Shown here: positions 60,264-64,000 of the stretch, one piece after another
How the letters are laid out: every line of letters starts with the position of its first letter
How positions within the stretch are numbered: the stretch's first letter is position 1
DNA from: Planctomycetota bacterium
GTDB taxonomy: Bacteria; Planctomycetota; B15-G4; SIAN01
Length of the DNA stretch: 64,000 nt
Assembly: GCA_031409275.1 (NCBI GenBank)
Contig: JANNXA010000014.1
Span: 160,001-224,000 of the forward strand
Reading direction: 5' to 3'
The notes under the pieces: generated by a model
Seen by the model: the letters and a program-made list of their open reading frames with translations, nothing else
Told to the model about the DNA's origin: nothing
The model's database searches: none
Translations under genes and position numbers: made by a program

Positions 60264-62402
60264 TCAGCGCGGCCCCTTCAGCGCCGCAGGAACCATCCGT
60301 AGCCCCGGCTCGTCGATCTCCGCTTCGATCACCGGACGCACCTGCGCGTCGATCGCAGCGGCACCCGGCAACTCGTCAGCGACGGCCACCGCGGCGAACC
60401 AGTGCATGGCGTAGGTGATCCAGCTGGCGGCCGGCACCGGTGGCGGCGTGAATCCGCCGCGCGGGCGCCACGTCTCGGGTCCGAGGCCGGCGCTGCCGTC
60501 GACCCCGTTCGGCAGCGACGGCTGCTTGCCCGGGTCGAACTGATGGTCGAGGTTCACTCGCAGCCACCACGCGCACTCGGCGAAGCTGCCGATGAAGCGG
60601 CGGCTGTCCGCGACCTGCTTCCACTCGCCGCGCTCGAGGGTCGGAACGAAGGTCGAGACCGGGAACGAATAGGAGAGTGCGGTGGCGCCGTTCTCCCAGC
60701 GGACGGTGGTTCCATCCGGGGCGCGCCACGTCTCGCCGACGCTCGCGTACGCACGCGCGAAGTACTCCGCCTGCCACTCCCACAAGAAGCGCGCATCGGC
60801 GTTGCCGAGCAGTCGATCGGTCCACCAGCAGGAGGTCGCAACCCAGGTCGCCTGCCACGGACTCCAGAACGTGGCGCAGACCCACGTCTTGCGGCCGCTC
60901 GACTGGAAACCGCCGCTCCCCCACGTATGCAGCGGGGCGGGCGACTGCTCGATCGTGGCGCGCAGCTCGGCGAGGTTGTCGGTCACCCGCTTCCGGAAGT
61001 AGCCCTTCAACGGATGGGCGTCGGGCAGCAACTGCGCCGCGAGCATCGTCGTGCGCAGCGACCACGCGAAGTCGCGCGAGCCGGGATAGCGATAGCGGCC
61101 GTCATGCGGCCAGTCGTAGAAGCAGTAGGCCGCCAGCGCGGCGAACTCCTCCTCCGCGAAGCGCTCTCCGGTCAGCAAGAACGAGAGCGCGCCGAGCAGC
61201 GGCGAATGCGAGCGATCGGCCGTCTGCGGGCACTTGCGCTTGGTGGCGCGCTTCTCCAGCGCCTTGGCGGCGCCGAACTCGACGCCCATGGTCCCGTCGC
61301 GTCCGCGCACATGGATCGGAAACGAGGCGGCACCGTTCCAGTCTGCGGCGCGCAACAGGTCGTCGGCCACGACGCTCTTCGAGTTGAGCGCGAGCGCGCC
61401 CCATGACGGGATCGGCCCGATGTCGCCGCGATCACCGGTCGAAGGCATGTAGCGCGCGATCGGACCGGGATCGAGCGGGATGCCGACCTCGTAGCGCTTC
61501 GCATCCAACGATCCGTTCTGATCGCCGTCGATCAGTCGCCGCGCCAGCTCGTCGGCGCGTGCCGGCGCCAGCGGATGGCGCGCGTCGTACGGCGGGATCC
61601 ACCCGTGCAGCGTCAGGTAGGCCAGGTCTTCGCGTACGCGCACGTTCGGTGGCTCGCCACCGACGTGGCGGCGCACCGCGAAGCGCGTCCGATCCCAGAC
61701 GATGCCATCGCGCAGATCGGCCAGCACCTCATCGCCCGCGATCACCACGAGGCGCGCGAACTCGACGTCATCCGGCGGCGGCGCGCCGCTACCGCCGAGC
61801 GCGGTGTTCTCCAACACGACCTCGACGCGCGCCCCTTCGATGCCGGCGAGCTGCCGCCACCGGACACGCACCGAGAGGCGCGGCAGCTCGCCCTCCGGAC
61901 TGCGCAGCGTGGCCACCTGCTCGAGTTCGCGCGCGAGCGGCCCGTCGACCGGTCCGCGCGCGTTCGCCCGCTCCGGTGCCGGCGCTTCCACGATCGCGGT
62001 GAAGCGCGCTCCATCGCGCGCCAGCAGTTCGACGGCGACGGGCGGCGCCGGCCCGCGCTCGAGGAATGGCTCCTGGCGCGGCGGCGCGGGCGACGGCACC
62101 AGCCACACCTCGCGCGTCGCATTCGGCGCGAGGTCGAGCGGCAAGGTCACCAGCGCGTGCTGCAGCGAGCCGTCGCGGTGGCGCGAGAGCAGATCGACCT
62201 GCGCAGCGACCACCGCCGGCTTGCCGTCGGCGCTGCCATCGCGCACCACGACGCACAGTTCGCCATCGTGGAAACGGCCAGGCGCGAGCAGCGCCGACAA
62301 CGTCACCGGCAACGCCTTCGCGCCGCGACCGGATCGATCGGAGACCTCGAAGCGCACCTCGTCGCCAAAGAGCGCGGCGCACAGCAGCAGCAGGGCATGC
62401 AT
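60264..62402 (-). CDS. Exported hypothetical protein (beta-rich N-terminus, Trp-rich helical C-terminus; possibly carbohydrate-active)
   Basis: Short signal; AQVD...RHRDGSLQHALV; YMPSTGDRGDIG; start overlaps the upstream stop. Confidence 0.65.
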   Translation of the reverse strand: MHALLLLCAALFGDEVRFEVSDRSGRGAKALPVTLSALLAPGRFHDGELCVVVRDGSADGKPAVVAAQVDLLSRHRDGSLQHALVTLPLDLAPNATREVWLVPSPAPPRQEPFLERGPAPPVAVELLARDGARFTAIVEAPAPERANARGPVDGPLARELEQVATLRSPEGELPRLSVRVRWRQLAGIEGARVEVVLENTALGGSGAPPPDDVEFARLVVIAGDEVLADLRDGIVWDRTRFAVRRHVGGEPPNVRVREDLAYLTLHGWIPPYDARHPLAPARADELARRLIDGDQNGSLDAKRYEVGIPLDPGPIARYMPSTGDRGDIGPIPSWGALALNSKSVVADDLLRAADWNGAASFPIHVRGRDGTMGVEFGAAKALEKRATKRKCPQTADRSHSPLLGALSFLLTGERFAEEEFAALAAYCFYDWPHDGRYRYPGSRDFAWSLRTTMLAAQLLPDAHPLKGYFRKRVTDNLAELRATIEQSPAPLHTWGSGGFQSSGRKTWVCATFWSPWQATWVATSCWWTDRLLGNADARFLWEWQAEYFARAYASVGETWRAPDGTTVRWENGATALSYSFPVSTFVPTLERGEWKQVADSRRFIGSFAECAWWLRVNLDHQFDPGKQPSLPNGVDGSAGLGPETWRPRGGFTPPPVPAASWITYAMHWFAAVAVADELPGAAAIDAQVRPVIEAEIDEPGLRMVPAALKGPR

Positions 62403-63589
62403 CAGCGTTGGAACGACGGCAGGTAGCCGAACGGAACGGCGAGCGTCAGCGCCGCCATCGCGGTGGCGTAGACCTCACCGAACAGCTCGTCGGAGAAGAC
62501 TCCGTCCTTGGACTCGCGCTCGGCTGCGTTCACCAGCGCCGGGTACCAGCCACGGAAGTGACGCAGATCCTGGTACTGCCAGTAGGCCTGCGTGGCGTAG
62601 AAGCGCCCGTACCAGGGCCACTGTTCCGGCTCGGAGCCGAAGCGCACCAGCGGGTCCTTCTGGCGCATGTACTCGATCCCGAGATCGACGAACTTGCTGT
62701 CGTAGTCGCCCACCGCGTTCAGCGACGAGACCGCCGCGGCAGTGAGCGCGAACGACGTCAGGTTGTCGTTCAGCATGTAGCGGAAGCCGCCGAACCGCGG
62801 ATCCTCGGGCTGCCGCACCTGGGAGTCGCGCAGGTACTTGACCGCCTGCGCAATCACGCCGGCATCGACGCGCATCCCCGCTTCCTTCGCCGAACGCAGC
62901 GCCTGCAACACGGTGACGGTGACCGACCCTTCGTGAAAATTCTCCGGCTCGAGGCGGTAGCCCCAGCCGCCGGTCGAGTGCTGCGCCAGCTCGATCGCGT
63001 GGACGGCGCCCTGCAGCGTCTTGCGCAGCCGATCGCGCTGATCGACGTTGTCCGCGCCCATCGACATTCCATCCGCCATCGCGACCGCCCAGGTGGCGTA
63101 ACCATGGCCGTGCATCTGCGACGTGGCGAAGCCTGGATCATTGAACTTGGCGACGACGTGCGGGCCGACGACGCGCGTGCAGGTGCACTCCTGCACCGTC
63201 GCTTGCGCCAGCAGCCAGTTCAGCAGCGCGCGCAGCCGCGCCCCGTGGCCATCCTCGCCCTCTTCCGCGGTGTGGCCTCCCGCCATGAAAGCGAGGATCG
63301 CCAACGAGGTTGCCGCCACCGTCGGTTGCTGCGAGGAGCGCGTCATCTCCAGCGCACCGTTGCTGCGCACTCGCGCCGCCAGCCACGTCAGCGCTCGATC
63401 GACGAGGCGGCGCGCCTGCATCAGGTCGCGCGCTTCGCTCGGCTCGCTGGCAGCGAAGGGGTGGTCATCGCCGCCGCCGCGAACCACCGCGCCGGCGCGC
63501 GCGTTCGCTGCCGCCGCGATGGTCGCAGCGATCACCGCCACCACCGCCGCTGCGCCAGCTCCTGCTGCTCGCGCCATGCTCCGCTTCAT
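62402..63589 (-). CDS. Prenyltransferase/squalene oxidase repeat-containing protein
   Basis: RALTWLA, AQHSTGGWGY, QALRSAKEAG, AVKYLRDSQ, GGFRY, YGRFYATQA, YATAMA, C-terminal YLPSFQR. Confidence 0.8.
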   Translation of the reverse strand: MKRSMARAAGAGAAAVVAVIAATIAAAANARAGAVVRGGGDDHPFAASEPSEARDLMQARRLVDRALTWLAARVRSNGALEMTRSSQQPTVAATSLAILAFMAGGHTAEEGEDGHGARLRALLNWLLAQATVQECTCTRVVGPHVVAKFNDPGFATSQMHGHGYATWAVAMADGMSMGADNVDQRDRLRKTLQGAVHAIELAQHSTGGWGYRLEPENFHEGSVTVTVLQALRSAKEAGMRVDAGVIAQAVKYLRDSQVRQPEDPRFGGFRYMLNDNLTSFALTAAAVSSLNAVGDYDSKFVDLGIEYMRQKDPLVRFGSEPEQWPWYGRFYATQAYWQYQDLRHFRGWYPALVNAAERESKDGVFSDELFGEVYATAMAALTLAVPFGYLPSFQR

Positions 63590-63650
63590 GCTCGTCGATC
63601 CTGTCGCGCGCCCCCGCGCCCGTCCTTCCGATCGCGTTCGCTCGTCCCGC

Positions 63651-64000
63651 TCAATCGCGCGACGGCAGTCGGCTCACACGGCGGAAGTACTGCTCCATCC
63701 AGGTGCGGTAGCGCTGCGGAAATTCCTCGGCGCTGCGCCGCTGCAGTGCTTCCGCTTCCTTGTCCGGCAGCATGCCCCAACGACCCGAGAGGTCGGTGCG
63801 CTCGAACTCCCCCGTCGCGCCGGGCGGCGGGCCTTGCTTGGCATCGCGCTGTTCGCCCTTGCTCGGGTCGGCGTCGCCCTTCTTCGGATCGGCGTCGCCC
63901 TTCTGCGGCTCGGGCTTGTCGCCGCCCGGGTTCTGGTCGGGCTTGGGCTGCGGCTGCAACTGGTCGGAATCGGGAGAGCGCGGGCGCTCGGGCGACTTCC
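63651..64000 (-). CDS. 3' end of a hypothetical protein with a low-complexity Q/P/D/K linker (truncated by the window edge)
   Basis: Frame is open to the window edge; ends WGMLPDKEAEAL...FPQRYRTWMEQYFRRV. Confidence 0.7.
   Translation of the reverse strand, partial: KSPERPRSPDSDQLQPQPKPDQNPGGDKPEPQKGDADPKKGDADPSKGEQRDAKQGPPPGATGEFERTDLSGRWGMLPDKEAEALQRRSAEEFPQRYRTWMEQYFRRVSRLPSRD

Noticed and set aside
62402..63589. Squalene-hopene cyclase
   Set aside because: Too short, has an export signal, and lacks the DXDD catalytic motif

Overview
GC-rich bacterial chromosomal segment, most likely from a Planctomycetota member. This is inferred from the NusA N-terminus, the absence of rimP before nusA, and the prenyltransferase-repeat and carboxypeptidase-regulatory-like proteins. 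About 44 CDSs and one tRNA-Gln(CTG) are supported. Housekeeping genes: nusA-infB, rbfA, cysS, purM, thiS-thiG, larE, speB, sthA and a KamA-family aminomutase. These are interspersed with exported carbohydrate-active-like proteins, a BlaI/M56 module with a visible operator palindrome, a four-gene ABC exporter, and a coupled Ser/Thr kinase-PfkB-propeller-radical SAM operon. The most striking feature is a ~10 kb tandem triplet of ~1040-aa paralogous lipoproteins (49049-58894) with a conserved scaffold and variable Cys-anchored loops. Other notable items are a 198-bp element with perfect 21-bp terminal inverted repeats, a rimP-leader-like attenuator in front of nusA without rimP, a DUF503 gene inverted relative to infB/rbfA, and an archaeal-looking PurM. 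No CRISPR array, integrase, transposase, reverse transcriptase or prophage was recognised. All calls are by eye from motifs; no database searches were run, and several start codons are uncertain.
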